Positions 10,309 through 24,050 of a DNA stretch of 64,000 bases are shown here, piece after piece. The notes beneath the pieces were generated by a model. It saw only the letters and a program-made list of their open reading frames with translations. It had not been told where the DNA came from and made no database searches. The DNA lies in assembly GCA_963739455.1 (NCBI GenBank), contig CAVUAK010000003.1, positions 416,001 through 480,000 on the forward strand. Direction: 5' to 3'. Position numbers and translations under genes: made by a program. The DNA comes from an uncultured Gemmatimonadales bacterium. GTDB lineage: Bacteria > Gemmatimonadota > Gemmatimonadetes > Gemmatimonadales > GWC2-71-9. Within the stretch, counting starts at the first letter, position 1; every line of letters begins with the position of its first letter.

Positions 10309-10371
10309 GGTCGCCCCGGAGGTTCTGTGGCAGCTCATAGTGCGGAGCATGGTGCTGAGGGGGCCGGGGCG

Positions 10372-10971
10372 ATGAGCGGCGTCCGGCAGGCGCAGCTCGA
10401 CATCCTGGCGCAGGGGCTGGATGCCCTGGCGATGCCAATCGCCGTGGTGCACCTGAATCGGACCCTCCTGTCTGAGAACGCCGCGTTCCACGACGCCTTC
10501 CCGGCCACTGCCTCCGCCGACCTGATCACGGATGCCTGGGGGCGCCTGGGCGAGCTGGTCAAGAACGAACAGGGCGAGCTGGTGCGGGTGCCCCGGGCAG
10601 GCGAGAGCGCCGTTCGCGGCAGCAAGCGGGTCCGTCTCCAGCCGATCACCCTCGAAGGCATGACCGAGCCCGAGTGGTTCGTGCTGGTGGTCGAGCGGCG
10701 TGCGGCCCGTCGCCTCACGTCGGACAACGTCCAGCAGCGGTTTGGGCTGAGCCCGCGGCAGGCCGAGGTGGCACTGCTGCTGGCCCAGGGACACACCACC
10801 GCCGACATCGCGCGTATGTTGGAGCTGACGACGCATACGGTCCGTCACCATGCCGAGCAGGTGCTGCACCGCCTCAACGTGCGTACCCGCCAGCAGGCCA
10901 TGGTGCGGCTGCGGGACGGCACCGCCAAGGGGCCCAAGGCTCGCCCGAGCGGGGGGTTCTCCCGGCCCTAA
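10372..10971 (+). CDS. LuxR-family HTH transcriptional regulator with PAS-like N-terminus
   Basis: FGLSPRQAEVALLLAQGHTTADIARMLELTTHTVRHH. Confidence 0.9.
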   Translation: MSGVRQAQLDILAQGLDALAMPIAVVHLNRTLLSENAAFHDAFPATASADLITDAWGRLGELVKNEQGELVRVPRAGESAVRGSKRVRLQPITLEGMTEPEWFVLVVERRAARRLTSDNVQQRFGLSPRQAEVALLLAQGHTTADIARMLELTTHTVRHHAEQVLHRLNVRTRQQAMVRLRDGTAKGPKARPSGGFSRP

Positions 10972-10977
10972 AGCCGG

Positions 10978-11004
10978 TGCAACCCGGCGGGGGTCCGGTG
11001 CGTA
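10978..11004 (+). promoter_or_regulatory. Candidate ECF promoter
   Basis: TGCAAC-N17-CGTA upstream of the M16 peptidase. Confidence 0.45.
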
Positions 11005-11044
11005 TGAGGTGGCAGGCTCCAACCCCCCTTTTCCGAGAGTGGAC

Positions 11045-13843
<2,799 letters not shown>

Positions 13844-13897
13844 GCAGGGCGCCTTCTCGCACGACTATCTTACCCGGCGACCCCTCCGGAGAAGCTG

Positions 13898-15419
13898 GTG
13901 ACACGAGACCGCCTGATCGCGCTGTGCATCCTGTTGGCTGTGGCCGGCTGCAGGCACCAGAAGCTGGAAATTCCTGAGGCGGAGGTGAGCGTTGACGACT
14001 TGCCGGCACCGGAGGAAACGCAGCCCAACTCGTACGTCAGCGCCCCGATCGTCTTCGACTATCGCTCGCTGATCGACCAGATCGAGCAGCGCATCCCGCG
14101 CGTCATCGGGAGCGTCGACAAGGACAAGCGCAAGCTGGTGGTGAAGAGCCCCAAGGTGTGGGTGGCCGCCGAACTGACGCGGTCACCCCTGGAGTTCAGC
14201 TTCAAGGACAACACCGTCACCGTATCGGCGGCGTTCCAGTACCGGGCCAACGCCTGGGCCAAGCCCTTCCTCGTGGTCATCCCGGTATCGTGCGGCATGG
14301 GCGAGGAGAAGCCGCGGCTGCGGCTCACGGTCAGCTCCACCTACGATATCTCGCCCAACTGGCATCTCCAGACAAAGAGTCACCTGGTGAAGTTCGAGCG
14401 CCCCACCACCACGGAGCGCGACCAGTGTGAGATCACCTTCCTCAAGATCGACGTCACCGAGAAGATCATCGACGGGGTGAAGGGTGCCCTGGAGGGTGAA
14501 CTCGCCAAGATGGACTCGAGCATCGCGAAGATCAGCATCCGGAAGCCGGTGGACGAGCTCTGGGGCAAGTTGCAGACGACCAATCTCGATCGCCAAGGGC
14601 CAGCTCTGGTTTCGCATCCGGCCGCAGGAAGTCGCACTCGGCCCGATCACCGCTACTGATTCGACGCTGACGGCGAGGCTCGACCTGCAGGCCAAGCCAC
14701 GCATTCGCGCCGGCGAGCGTCCTCCCGATGATACCGTCCCGCTCCCGCAGCTGGGCCGGACGGAGGCCGTCGTCGACACCGCCGACGTGTCTCATGGAGG
14801 GAACGCTCTACTACGCAGCGGCCAACAAGCTCCTGGAGAAGGCGGCCACTGGAAAGTCCGTCGGCAGCGGCTGGAAGCGAGTGAAGATCGAGCACATCGT
14901 CGCGCGGCCGGCTGGCATGGGGAAGATCTTGTTGGGCGTCACGATCTCCGGCGCTGCCAATGGCACGGTGTACGTGGTGGGCACGCCGAGTCTACGACTC
15001 GGTGACGAAGCTGATCACGGTGCCCGACCTCACCTTCGACGTGAGGTCACGCGGCTACCTGGAGAAGGCCGCCGGCTGGCTCGTCAACGGCCCCTTGCTG
15101 GACGAAGTGCGCCAGGAAGCCAAGCTTCCCGTCGAGGCCTTGCTGACGGAGGTGGTGCAGACTCGTGAACAAGGAGATCAACCGGCCCCTGGCCGAGGGG
15201 ATCTATTTGAGGGGTGCGGTGAGCGATGCCCAGGCGCTGAGTGTGCGGGCCGTGCAGCGTGGCGTACTCGTCGATGCGAAGGGGCTCGGCCGAATCTGGC
15301 TCGAGATCGAGAAGAAGGATCTTCTGCCGAAGAAGCCGCTGATCAAGAGGAAGGCGACCAAGCCACCGCCGCCGGCGGGCAAGGACAAGCCGGCGGAGAG
15401 CAAGGACGCGAAGAAGTAG
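13898..15419 (+). CDS. DUF4403-like lipoprotein (about 4 apparent frameshifts)
   Basis: Lipobox AVAGC; consecutive overlapping fragments; GTVYVVGTP.YD...LITVPDLTFD pattern. Confidence 0.6.
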
Positions 15420-15422
15420 GGC

Positions 15423-15704
15423 CTAGCCTGGCAGGGCGGAGGGACACTCGATACGCAGGACGGTGCCCTTCCGCGTCCAGACCAGTTCCACGCAGGCCTG
15501 GCCATTCTGCTCGACAGGTCGCTCGATGACATCGGCGGTCTGGAAGAACTCGCCGATACTCGTGCGCCCGTCCCCGTTCCAGTCCATGTCACGCCACGTA
15601 TAGCGGGTCCGCAGCACGGCTGCGGCAAGCCAGCCATAGTAGACAACGGCCAGAATGGCCGGCATCCCGAAGATGAGGAACAGGGCCCGTCGGGCCTCGG
15701 TCAT
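15423..15704 (-). CDS. Small membrane-anchored protein with an EF-hand-like loop
   Basis: N-terminal TM; DWNGDGRTSIGE; ATGA overlap with msrA. Confidence 0.6.
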   Translation of the reverse strand: MTEARRALFLIFGMPAILAVVYYGWLAAAVLRTRYTWRDMDWNGDGRTSIGEFFQTADVIERPVEQNGQACVELVWTRKGTVLRIECPSALPG

Positions 15705-16261
15705 GCGCCGGCCCCGGCCGGCCGGAGCCGATGCGCGAACTTCTGCCGGAGCTTCGCCACTTTCGGGGCGATGACGACCTGGCAGTACCCGGCGTTCTGG
15801 TTCCGCTGGAAGTACTGCTGGTGATACAGCTCGGCGGGGTAGAACCGCGGCGCCGGTTCGATCTGGGTCACGATTGTGCTGCCCCAGATGCCCTCGCCGT
15901 TCAGTTCCTTGACGAGTGCCTCAGCGGTGTTCTTCTGGGCCTCGCTCTCGTAGTAGATGACCGACCGGTACTGGGTACCGACATCGGCGCCCTGCCGGTT
16001 GAGCGTGGTCGGGTCGTGCATCGCAAAGAAGACGATGAGCAGGTCACGGTAGGAAATGACCGCCGGGTCGAATTCCACCTGCACCACCTCGGCATGCCCC
16101 GTCGTTCCACTGCACACCTGTTCGTAGCTTGGGCTGGGCAGCTTTCCGCCGGCATATCCCGATACCACCTTCGACACCCCTTCCAGCCGCTCGAGCACTG
16201 CTTCAATGCACCAGAAACAGCCGCCGCCGAGGACCGCCGTTTCCGTGATGTGATCTGTCAT
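15701..16261 (-). CDS. msrA: Peptide-methionine (S)-S-oxide reductase
   Basis: GGGCFWC, SGYAGG, TGHAEVV, DVGTQYRS, AELYHQQY, GYC. Confidence 0.97.
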   Translation of the reverse strand: MTDHITETAVLGGGCFWCIEAVLERLEGVSKVVSGYAGGKLPSPSYEQVCSGTTGHAEVVQVEFDPAVISYRDLLIVFFAMHDPTTLNRQGADVGTQYRSVIYYESEAQKNTAEALVKELNGEGIWGSTIVTQIEPAPRFYPAELYHQQYFQRNQNAGYCQVVIAPKVAKLRQKFAHRLRPAGAGA

Positions 16262-16413
16262 GTCCATCTCCATTTCAATTCTGTTCAATCCTGCCCTGCT
16301 GCCTGGCTACTTGCCGACCCGCACGATCCGGAGCCGCTCGAGCATCCGGATCGTGAAAACGATCTCTGGGCCGTCGTGGATCCGTCCCCGTAGTTCCACC
16401 TGGGCTGAACGGG

Positions 16414-16953
16414 TCACGGATCGAGGCGGGTCTCGCCCAGTTCACGGATCTGGCAGGCATGCCGGGACTCGTGCAGGCCCACGAACACGAGCCACTGGTA
16501 CAAATCGAGTGTGCCGTACGCGGGGTGCGGGAAACTGAAGTTCCCCAATGCGAGACCGTCGGCTTCCCGCAGGGAGTTGCGGAGCGTGGCCCGCGAGGCC
16601 TCGAGGCCGGCCAGGGCATCGGCCAGGGAAAGGTCGGTTCGCGGCTGCACGATGGCCGGTGCCACGGCGCGGCGATCGCGGTTCGCCATTCTCGAATGGT
16701 CGAGGCGATGCAGCACCGAGTCGGTGTCGGTTTCCTTCACCCGGGCCTCGGCCGGCAGCCGGGACACCGTTACGTGCAGGAGCTTCGACACCGAGGTCTC
16801 GGTCAGGCGCAGGTGGTCCACGATCGATGCGACGGACCACGACCCCGGCGGGACGATGGCGTGCTCCGGTTCATCCAAGCTGGCGACGGCGTCAAGGACC
16901 TCGGCGCGGCGCTCAGCGAGGAAGCCATCGATTTCCTGCAGGCGTGGATGCAT
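16414..16953 (-). CDS. DinB-family protein
   Basis: WSVASIVDHL...FPHPAYGTLDLYQW...HESRHACQI. Confidence 0.9.
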   Translation of the reverse strand: MHPRLQEIDGFLAERRAEVLDAVASLDEPEHAIVPPGSWSVASIVDHLRLTETSVSKLLHVTVSRLPAEARVKETDTDSVLHRLDHSRMANRDRRAVAPAIVQPRTDLSLADALAGLEASRATLRNSLREADGLALGNFSFPHPAYGTLDLYQWLVFVGLHESRHACQIRELGETRLDP

Positions 16954-16971
16954 GCGAGCTCCGGAGATACC

Positions 16972-17406
16972 CTAGGAGTCGTCCGGTGAGCCCTGGTTGA
17001 TGAGCCCCACCTCGCGCAACAGGCAGTACAGGGCGGCGCTCAGCATCACCATGGCCCCGATGAACAGGACCGCGACGAGGGGGTCGAGCGGCAGGTCAGT
17101 GAAATAATCCAGGAAGAGCGCCACCACGACGCCGCATACCATGTGGGCACAGAGGGTGAGCAGGCGCAGTCCCGTCACGATGAACTTGCCCCGCCGCTGC
17201 AGCACCAGGCGACTGGCCGCGTTCGACACGCCGTCATCACCGTGGGCACGCAGTCGATCCATCACCCGCGCGAGGCGTTGCGTGAGCACCAGGACAAACG
17301 CGCCGATGCCCGACAGCAGGAACACCGGCGCCACCGCCGCCCGGATGATGTCGGCCATCTCATCCTTGGGAGCCTCCTGCGCCGCCAGCATCCAGGCCAG
17401 GAGCAT
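16972..17406 (-). CDS. DUF2721-like membrane protein
   Basis: AVAPVFLLSGIG..TQRLARVMDR; 3 TM segments. Confidence 0.75.
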   Translation of the reverse strand: MLLAWMLAAQEAPKDEMADIIRAAVAPVFLLSGIGAFVLVLTQRLARVMDRLRAHGDDGVSNAASRLVLQRRGKFIVTGLRLLTLCAHMVCGVVVALFLDYFTDLPLDPLVAVLFIGAMVMLSAALYCLLREVGLINQGSPDDS

Positions 17407-17421
17407 TATCGGCGCGCCGTC

Positions 17422-18000
17422 TTACGCAAGCTCGGTCGCCTTGGCGATGATCTTCCCGACGATGCCGTAGCGCTGCGCCTCTTCCGCGGTGAGCCAGAAG
17501 TCGCGATGGGTGTCTTCCTCGATCCGCTCCAGCGGCTGTCCCGTCTGCCGCGCGAAGATCCGGTTGAGCCGGTCGCGCATGCGCAGGATCTCGCGCGCCT
17601 CGATCTGGATGTCGCTCGCCGTGCCGCCGGCGCCGCCGGCCGGCTGGTGCAGCAGGAAGCGGGTGTTCGGCAGGCAGAAGCGGTCTTCACGCGGCACCGA
17701 CACGAAGATCAGCGCGCCGGCACTCGCCACCCAGCCCGTGCCGACGATGCGCACGCGCGGGGCGAGGTAGCGGATCATGTCGTGGATCATGTCCCCAGAC
17801 TCGACGTGCCCGCCCTGCGAGTTGAGGTAGATCGTGATCGGCTCCGAGGAATCGGCGGCCAGCGCAAGCATCTGGGCGCTGACACTGGCCGCCAGGCGCT
17901 GGTTGATCTCGCCGCTCAAGATGACGGTGCGGGCGCGGTACAACCGCTCCGCGACCAGTTCGGTGACTGATGTTGTCCGCTCGGCGGTGGGTTCCGCCAT
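17422..18000 (-). CDS. clpP: ATP-dependent Clp protease proteolytic subunit (paralog)
   Basis: YLNSQGG, VASAG (Ser), LLHQP (His), RDFWL (Asp). Confidence 0.95.
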   Translation of the reverse strand: MAEPTAERTTSVTELVAERLYRARTVILSGEINQRLAASVSAQMLALAADSSEPITIYLNSQGGHVESGDMIHDMIRYLAPRVRIVGTGWVASAGALIFVSVPREDRFCLPNTRFLLHQPAGGAGGTASDIQIEAREILRMRDRLNRIFARQTGQPLERIEEDTHRDFWLTAEEAQRYGIVGKIIAKATELA

Positions 18001-18045
18001 GGCATGCCTCCGTGAGGGTTTCAGGATCACCAATCTAGCCTCGCG

Positions 18046-18420
18046 CTAGGCGTTTTGCCGCCGCTGATCCCATGCGATTACCACAAGGCAAAGGATGAGC
18101 AGGACGCTGTATTCCGCGCCGTTCCTGCCCCCACCGACCACGAACCAGCCGTCCCGGGCATGGACCAGGGCGATGCCGAGCAGCAGCTGGAACACGAGGT
18201 AGCCGGCAATCGGGATGACGAATCGGCCGGAGGCCAGCAGCACGCTGGCGACGATCTCGATCGTGGTGACGGCGGCAGCCCATGCCACGCCGGCCGGAAA
18301 CCCGATGCTCGAGAGCCATTCACCGAAAAGCGGCACGCCCCCGGTGGCAGCGCGGAAGGAGCCGTGAATGAACATCAGGGTCGCAACACCAACGCGTAGC
18401 AGGACGACGGGCGAGCGCAT
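18046..18420 (-). CDS. DoxX-family membrane protein
   Basis: LLRVGVATLMFIHG...GIALVH..GWFVVGGGRNGAEYS. Confidence 0.9.
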   Translation of the reverse strand: MRSPVVLLRVGVATLMFIHGSFRAATGGVPLFGEWLSSIGFPAGVAWAAAVTTIEIVASVLLASGRFVIPIAGYLVFQLLLGIALVHARDGWFVVGGGRNGAEYSVLLILCLVVIAWDQRRQNA

Positions 18421-18524
18421 CGGGCCTCGGGTGTCTGGGGTGGGGCGGCTTGGGGTAGCGGGGGACGTCTTCCGGACCGGACGACCCGTTGCCGTCCTTG
18501 GTTTCGCCCGGTAGAGTCTGGTCC

Positions 18525-21132
18525 GTGAAACTGTCCGACGCGAATACCCTCCGCGAGCGCCTGAACATCTCCAGGCTCGCCCTCAGGCACCCGCGCGCCA
18601 CGGTGGTGGTGTGGGTGCTCGTTTCCCTCGCTGGCGCGTGGGCCTACAGCCATCTCCGCCTGGCGCTCTTTCCCGATGTCACCTTTCCCTTGGTGGTGGT
18701 TACCGCCAGTGCGCCGGGGCTCTCGCCGCAGGGAGCGGAGGCGGCCGTCACGCTGCCGATCGAGCGGCGCATGCATGGGCTGCGCGACCTCAAGAGCCTC
18801 GAGTCGACCACGTCGCCGGGCAAGGTGCTGGTCGCGGTCGAGTTCGAGGTGGGAGTCTCCCTGCGCGAGGCACGCCGCCGCGTCGACTCCGCGCTCGCCG
18901 GTCTCGATCTCCCGGGTGGCATCACGCCGAACACGCGACCCATCGACATCAACGAGTCGCCGGTGGTCACCTATGTGCTCGTGGGTGAGTATCGCACGCC
19001 GGCACAGCTGATGGGCACGGCGCTGGGCACCTTCCTGCCCGCCATCCAGGCGGTGCCGGGCGTGCTTCGCGTGGTGCCGCTCGGCGTCGATCCTGAGGCG
19101 GTAGCGGCGCTGGGTGGCACGGCGGTGGACACGGCGCTCCCGCACACCAAGGCGTGGCTGAATGGGCAGCAGGGCGTGGCGCTCGAGGTGGTGAAGGAGG
19201 CGGGCGCCAACACCATCGAGGTGGTGCGCCAGGTGGACTCGGTGGTGCGGCGGCTGCAGTGGGACAACCAGGATATTCACGCAGTCCCCGCCGTCACGCA
19301 GGCGGACTTCATCCGCGGCAGCACGCGCGCCACGATGGATGCGCTCTGGCTGGCGGTGGCGCTCTCGGTGCTCGTCATCTTCCCGTTTCTCCGGAGCTGG
19401 AAGGCCACCGCCATCTCGGCGCTGGCCATTCCGATTTCCCTGCTGGGTACGTTCGTGGTGATGAAGCTGGCCGGGTTCGGGCTGGAGACGCTGACATTGC
19501 TCGCGCTGGCGCTGGTCATCGGGATCATTGTCGACGACGCCATCGTGGACGTGGAGAATATCCAGCGGCACATCGACCGGGGTGATCCGCCCCATGTGGC
19601 GGCGATCGCCGCCACCGATGAAATCGGCCTCACGGTCACGGCGGCGACGCTCACGATCGTCGCAGTGTTCCTGCCGGTGGGACTGATGGGCGGTGTCACC
19701 GGGATCTTCTTCCGCCCCTTCGGCCTTACCATTTCTGCGGCCGTCGTGACGTCGCTCCTTGTCGCGCGCACGCTCTCCCCGCTGCTTTCCTCCTGGTGGC
19801 TCCGTCCCGCGGCCGGGGAAGCATGCAACGCCCGGCGAGGGACGGTGGACCCGATTCGCCGCGCGCTACCGCGACCTCCTGTCATGGTCACTCGCGCATC
19901 GCACCGTCGTGGTGCTGCTGGCCGTGCTGTCGCTCGTGGCCGGCGTGGCCATCATTCCCCTGATCCCGAAGGGGTTCATCCCGCGGTTCGACCGGAACGA
20001 GTTCCTCGTGGTGATCACTGCCCCGAGGGGAACCTCGCTCGACGCGACCAGCGACATCACGATGCGCGTCGCCGAATTCATCCGGGCCGATTCCGGTGTG
20101 GCCGACGTGTTCGCGGTGGCTGGTACCGCGGCGGGGGATCACGACCGGGCGATCCTCCACGTCCGCGTGCGCGACGAACCAGGCCTCTCCACTCGCCAGG
20201 TCCGGGAGCGGATCCGGCAACGACTTCCCTCTGAACGAGGGACGGACTTGAGCGTGCAGGATGTGCCCCTGCTTGCCATCATCGCGCAGAAGCCGCTGCA
20301 GCTGGCGCTGGTTGGCGAGGACCGGGCGGCCCTCGCCGCCGGGGCGAGCGAAGGCTGCGGATCACCTGCGGTACGCTGCCCGGTGTCGCCGATGTGCGGG
20401 TCACCGGTGTTCCCGACAGCGGCAGCCGCGAGACGCTGGAGCGCAAGGGTGGCCTGCCCGCGGCTCACGTCAATGCCAATCTCGTCGGCGGCTACGCGAT
20501 CGGGGCCGCCACCCGCGAGATCGAGCGCGTGGCGCCCTCGCTACTGCCGCCAGGCGTGTCGCTGGCGCTGGGCGGCGAATCGGCGCAGGCCGCCGATGTC
20601 TTCGGCCAGTTCGCCATCTCGCTCGGGCTCGCGACACTGTGCGTGGTGGCGGTGCTCTGGTTCCTGTTCCGCAGCTGGCAGGACCCGCTGGTCATCGCCC
20701 TCTCGCTGCCACTCTCCGGCGTGGGCGCCATGCTCGGGTTGTTCATTTCCCGCACCGATTTCGGCATGACGTCTCTGCTCGGCCTCATTTTCCTGTTCGG
20801 GCTCGTCAACAAGAACGCGATCCTGCTGGTGGACCACGCCAACCAGCTTGCGGGCGAGTGGCATGAGCCTGCGCGAGGCCATCCTCGCGGCGGGGCCTAT
20901 CCGCCTCCGGCCCATACTCATGACCACGTGCGCCACCATCCTCGGCATGCTGCCGATCGCGCTCGGATTTGGGGCCGGCGCGGAGCTGCGGGCCCCGATG
21001 GCGGTGGCGATCATCGGCGGGCTGGTTACCTCCACGGCGCTGAGCCTGGTGGTCGTCCCGGTGGTGTACGCCATCTTCGACCGGATCCACCCCCGCTTCC
21101 TCGAGGCGCGGCGCGGGGTTCCTCCAAGCTGA
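18525..21132 (+). CDS. Short RND (AcrB/HAE1-like) permease, ~870 aa (several frameshifts)
   Basis: [57 protein letters not shown]. Confidence 0.9.
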
Positions 21133-21218
21133 TGTCCATTATCTTGTTCCGGACCCGTTCCGGGGCCGCCGGAACCGACAAGTGCCACCTTCAACTCCAC
21201 CGAATCGAGTCCGCTACC

Positions 21219-21710
21219 ATGCGCTACCGTCCGTTGATGCTTGTTTGCCTTGGCCTCCTGGCTGCCGCCCCCGCGATGGCGCAGACGCCTGCGACCACCA
21301 CGCCGAGCATGGACAGTCTCCGTGCCGCGTTGCGCGCCGACAAGCGGCAGCTCGTCGCCGCCAACATGGTCCTGACCACCCAGGAGAACGCCACGTTCTG
21401 GCCGGTCTATGACGCGTACCAGGCGGACCTGGCGAAGCTGAATACCCGGATGGGTGTGGGGATCAAGGCATACGCGGACGCGTACAATGCGGGGAAGGGC
21501 ACGGTCTCCGATGCCGTCGCCACACAGCTGACCAACGAGTACATCTCGATCGAAAGCGACCGGGTCGCGTTGATGAAGTCGTACCTGCCGAAGTTCAATG
21601 CAGTGCTGCCGCCCACCAAGGTGGCCCGTTACTACCAGATCGAGAGCAAGCTGCGTGCGGCGGTCAACTACGAACTGGCAGATGCGATTCCGCTCATGGG
21701 GGGGCAGTAG
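21219..21710 (+). CDS. Exported all-helical hypothetical protein
   Basis: Signal peptide ending AMA-Q; FWPVYDAYQ and KVARYYQIESK. Confidence 0.75.
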   Translation: MRYRPLMLVCLGLLAAAPAMAQTPATTTPSMDSLRAALRADKRQLVAANMVLTTQENATFWPVYDAYQADLAKLNTRMGVGIKAYADAYNAGKGTVSDAVATQLTNEYISIESDRVALMKSYLPKFNAVLPPTKVARYYQIESKLRAAVNYELADAIPLMGGQ

Positions 21711-21725
21711 GCGCTCCAGGGCAAC

Positions 21726-24050
21726 GTGGATCGATTGATGTCGTGGATTGGATCGGGACTGCTTCGGCGCACCTGGCATGGAGCCGGGTGCGCCGTGGTG
21801 TTCCTGGTTGCGGCGACAACGGTTGCGCGAGCCCAGGCCACCGGCGCGGAGGTGGGCTGGCCGCGCGAGCTGGAGACCGACTCCGGCACGATGGTGGTAT
21901 TCCAGCCGCAGCCCGACCGTCTCGACGGCATCACCCTGACGGCGCGCGCGGCGGTGTCGGTGGTGCTGAAGGGCACCACCGCGCCGGTGTTCGGCGTGGT
22001 CTGGTTCACCGCGCGGACGCAGACCGACCGCGACAGCCGCACGGTGGACATCGACCAGTTCCACGTGACCAACATCCGCTTCCCCGGCCTGGAGGCCGAC
22101 CGGGAGAAGCGGTTTCGCGCGCTGGTCAATCCGGAGCTCGATCACTGGCAGTTCACGATGGAGCTGGACCGCTTCACTGCCAGCCTGGCACAGGTGGAGG
22201 CGGAGCAGCGCTCGATGGACCGCCTGAACACCGACCCACCGAAGGTCATTTTCTCCACCACGCCGGCCGCCCTGCTGATCTACGACGGTGAGCCGATCCT
22301 GCAGCCAATCCAGGGTACCTCGCTGCAGCGCGCGGTGAATACGCCATTGCTGGTCGTTTTCGATCACTCGGGCCGGACCTACTACCTCAACGGCGGCCCG
22401 CTCTGGTATTCGTCCCGCTCTCCAAGCGGTCCATGGTCGCGCATGCGTGGCCCGCCGCCGCCCAACGTGGCCAGGCTCGTGCCCGACTCGCTGCAGCGGG
22501 ACAGCGTGCCACCGAGCGGACCGCCGGCAATCGTGGTGGCCACGTCGCCAACGGAGCTCGTAGTGACGGACGGCGCGCCCAACTGGGCCCCGATCACCGG
22601 CACCGACCTGCTGTACGTCACCAATACGGAGCGCGACGTCTTCCGGACCATCGACGACCCGAAGATGTATGTCCTGCTGGCTGGTCGGTGGTTCCGCGCG
22701 AGCACGGAGGCAGGGCCATGGACGTACGTGGCACCCGACTCGCTGCCCAGGGTATTCGAGAAGATTTCGCCGGAGTCGCCCAAGGGCGACGTGCGCCCCT
22801 CGGTGGCGGGTACCGACGAGGCGATCGAGGCGGTGCTGGACACGTACGTCCCGCAGACGGCAGCCATCGAGCGCAGCACCACCAAGCTGACCGTGTCGTA
22901 CGCCGGAAAGCCGGAGTTCGAGCAGATACCGGGCACCTCCGTGCAGTACGCCCGGAATACCGACGCCAGCGTGCTCAAGATCGGGTCGCGCTACTACGCC
23001 TGTGACCAGGCGGTGTGGTTCGAGTCGCGCGCAGCCGAGGGTCCCTGGGCGGTGGCCGACTCGGTGCCCGCGGCAGTGGAAACGATTCCACCGACGTCAC
23101 CGGTATACAACGTCAGGTACGTGAAGGTGTACCAGGCCACGCCGCAGGTGGTGTTCGTCGGGTACACGCCGGGATACATGTGGTCGTTCCCGATGCGAGG
23201 CACCGTGGTGTTCGGGACTGGCTTTGTCTATCGCCCGTTCATTTCGCCGGTGGTCTTCATTCCACGCCCCGTCACCTTCGGGGTGGGCATGCGCTGGAAC
23301 CCGTGGACCGGCTGGACCATGGGCTTCGGGTTCGGCTCACCGTTCCTGCATGTGGGAGCCATGGTTGGACCGCCAATGTTCATCGGCGGATGGTGGGGGC
23401 CCTGGGGGCGCCCCATGTGGCCGCCACCGATGTTCCGCCCGCCCTTCGTGGGTTTTCCAGGCTGGAGGCCCATGCCCATGCCTCCCATGATGCGTCCGCC
23501 GATGGGTGGACGTCCGCCGATGGGCGTGCGCCCGATGCCCCTTCCGGGAAACAACATCTACAGCCGGCCGCAGAATCGCCCGCGGAACGTGCCGCCACAG
23601 GCCATCGCCCCGCCGCGCGGTCAGCCGGTGAACCGCGGGCCGAACAACATCTACGCCGGACGCGACGGCAACATTTATCGCAGGGATGGGCAGAACTGGC
23701 AGACGCGCGACAACAACCAGTGGCGGAGCACCCCGCCCGCCGTTCCGCCTGCCGCCGGACAGCGGCCCAACGCGCCGACCAATCCTGGTGGGGCGGTGAC
23801 CCGGCCCGCAAACCCCACTGCGCCTGTCGCGCGCCCGGCGCCTGCGCCCACGACGCGTCCGACCACGCCGGCCGCACGGCCGTCGCTGCCGCCCGACGTC
23901 AACCGCGACTTCCAGTCGCGCCAGCGCGGACAGCAGGCGACCCAGAACTGGAACAACACGGCGAGCCGCGCCCCACAGCAACGCCCGGCGGCGCCCCAAT
24001 CACGACCTGCACCGCAGTCGCGCCCGCCCGCGGGCGCGACGCGTCGCTAG
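21726..24050 (+). CDS. Large exported protein with three internal repeats and a Gly/Trp- then Pro/Arg-rich tail
   Basis: 774-aa ORF; signal peptide; triple G.P...PI.GT/NT/W..S..GPW repeat. Confidence 0.8.
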   Translation: MDRLMSWIGSGLLRRTWHGAGCAVVFLVAATTVARAQATGAEVGWPRELETDSGTMVVFQPQPDRLDGITLTARAAVSVVLKGTTAPVFGVVWFTARTQTDRDSRTVDIDQFHVTNIRFPGLEADREKRFRALVNPELDHWQFTMELDRFTASLAQVEAEQRSMDRLNTDPPKVIFSTTPAALLIYDGEPILQPIQGTSLQRAVNTPLLVVFDHSGRTYYLNGGPLWYSSRSPSGPWSRMRGPPPPNVARLVPDSLQRDSVPPSGPPAIVVATSPTELVVTDGAPNWAPITGTDLLYVTNTERDVFRTIDDPKMYVLLAGRWFRASTEAGPWTYVAPDSLPRVFEKISPESPKGDVRPSVAGTDEAIEAVLDTYVPQTAAIERSTTKLTVSYAGKPEFEQIPGTSVQYARNTDASVLKIGSRYYACDQAVWFESRAAEGPWAVADSVPAAVETIPPTSPVYNVRYVKVYQATPQVVFVGYTPGYMWSFPMRGTVVFGTGFVYRPFISPVVFIPRPVTFGVGMRWNPWTGWTMGFGFGSPFLHVGAMVGPPMFIGGWWGPWGRPMWPPPMFRPPFVGFPGWRPMPMPPMMRPPMGGRPPMGVRPMPLPGNNIYSRPQNRPRNVPPQAIAPPRGQPVNRGPNNIYAGRDGNIYRRDGQNWQTRDNNQWRSTPPAVPPAAGQRPNAPTNPGGAVTRPANPTAPVARPAPAPTTRPTTPAARPSLPPDVNRDFQSRQRGQQATQNWNNTASRAPQQRPAAPQSRPAPQSRPPAGATRR

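Noticed and set aside
16307..16417. 36-codon minus ORF and 11-bp inverted repeat (16322-16355) between dinB and msrA
   Set aside because: Too short with no recognisable motif; the hairpin lacks a correctly placed T-tract
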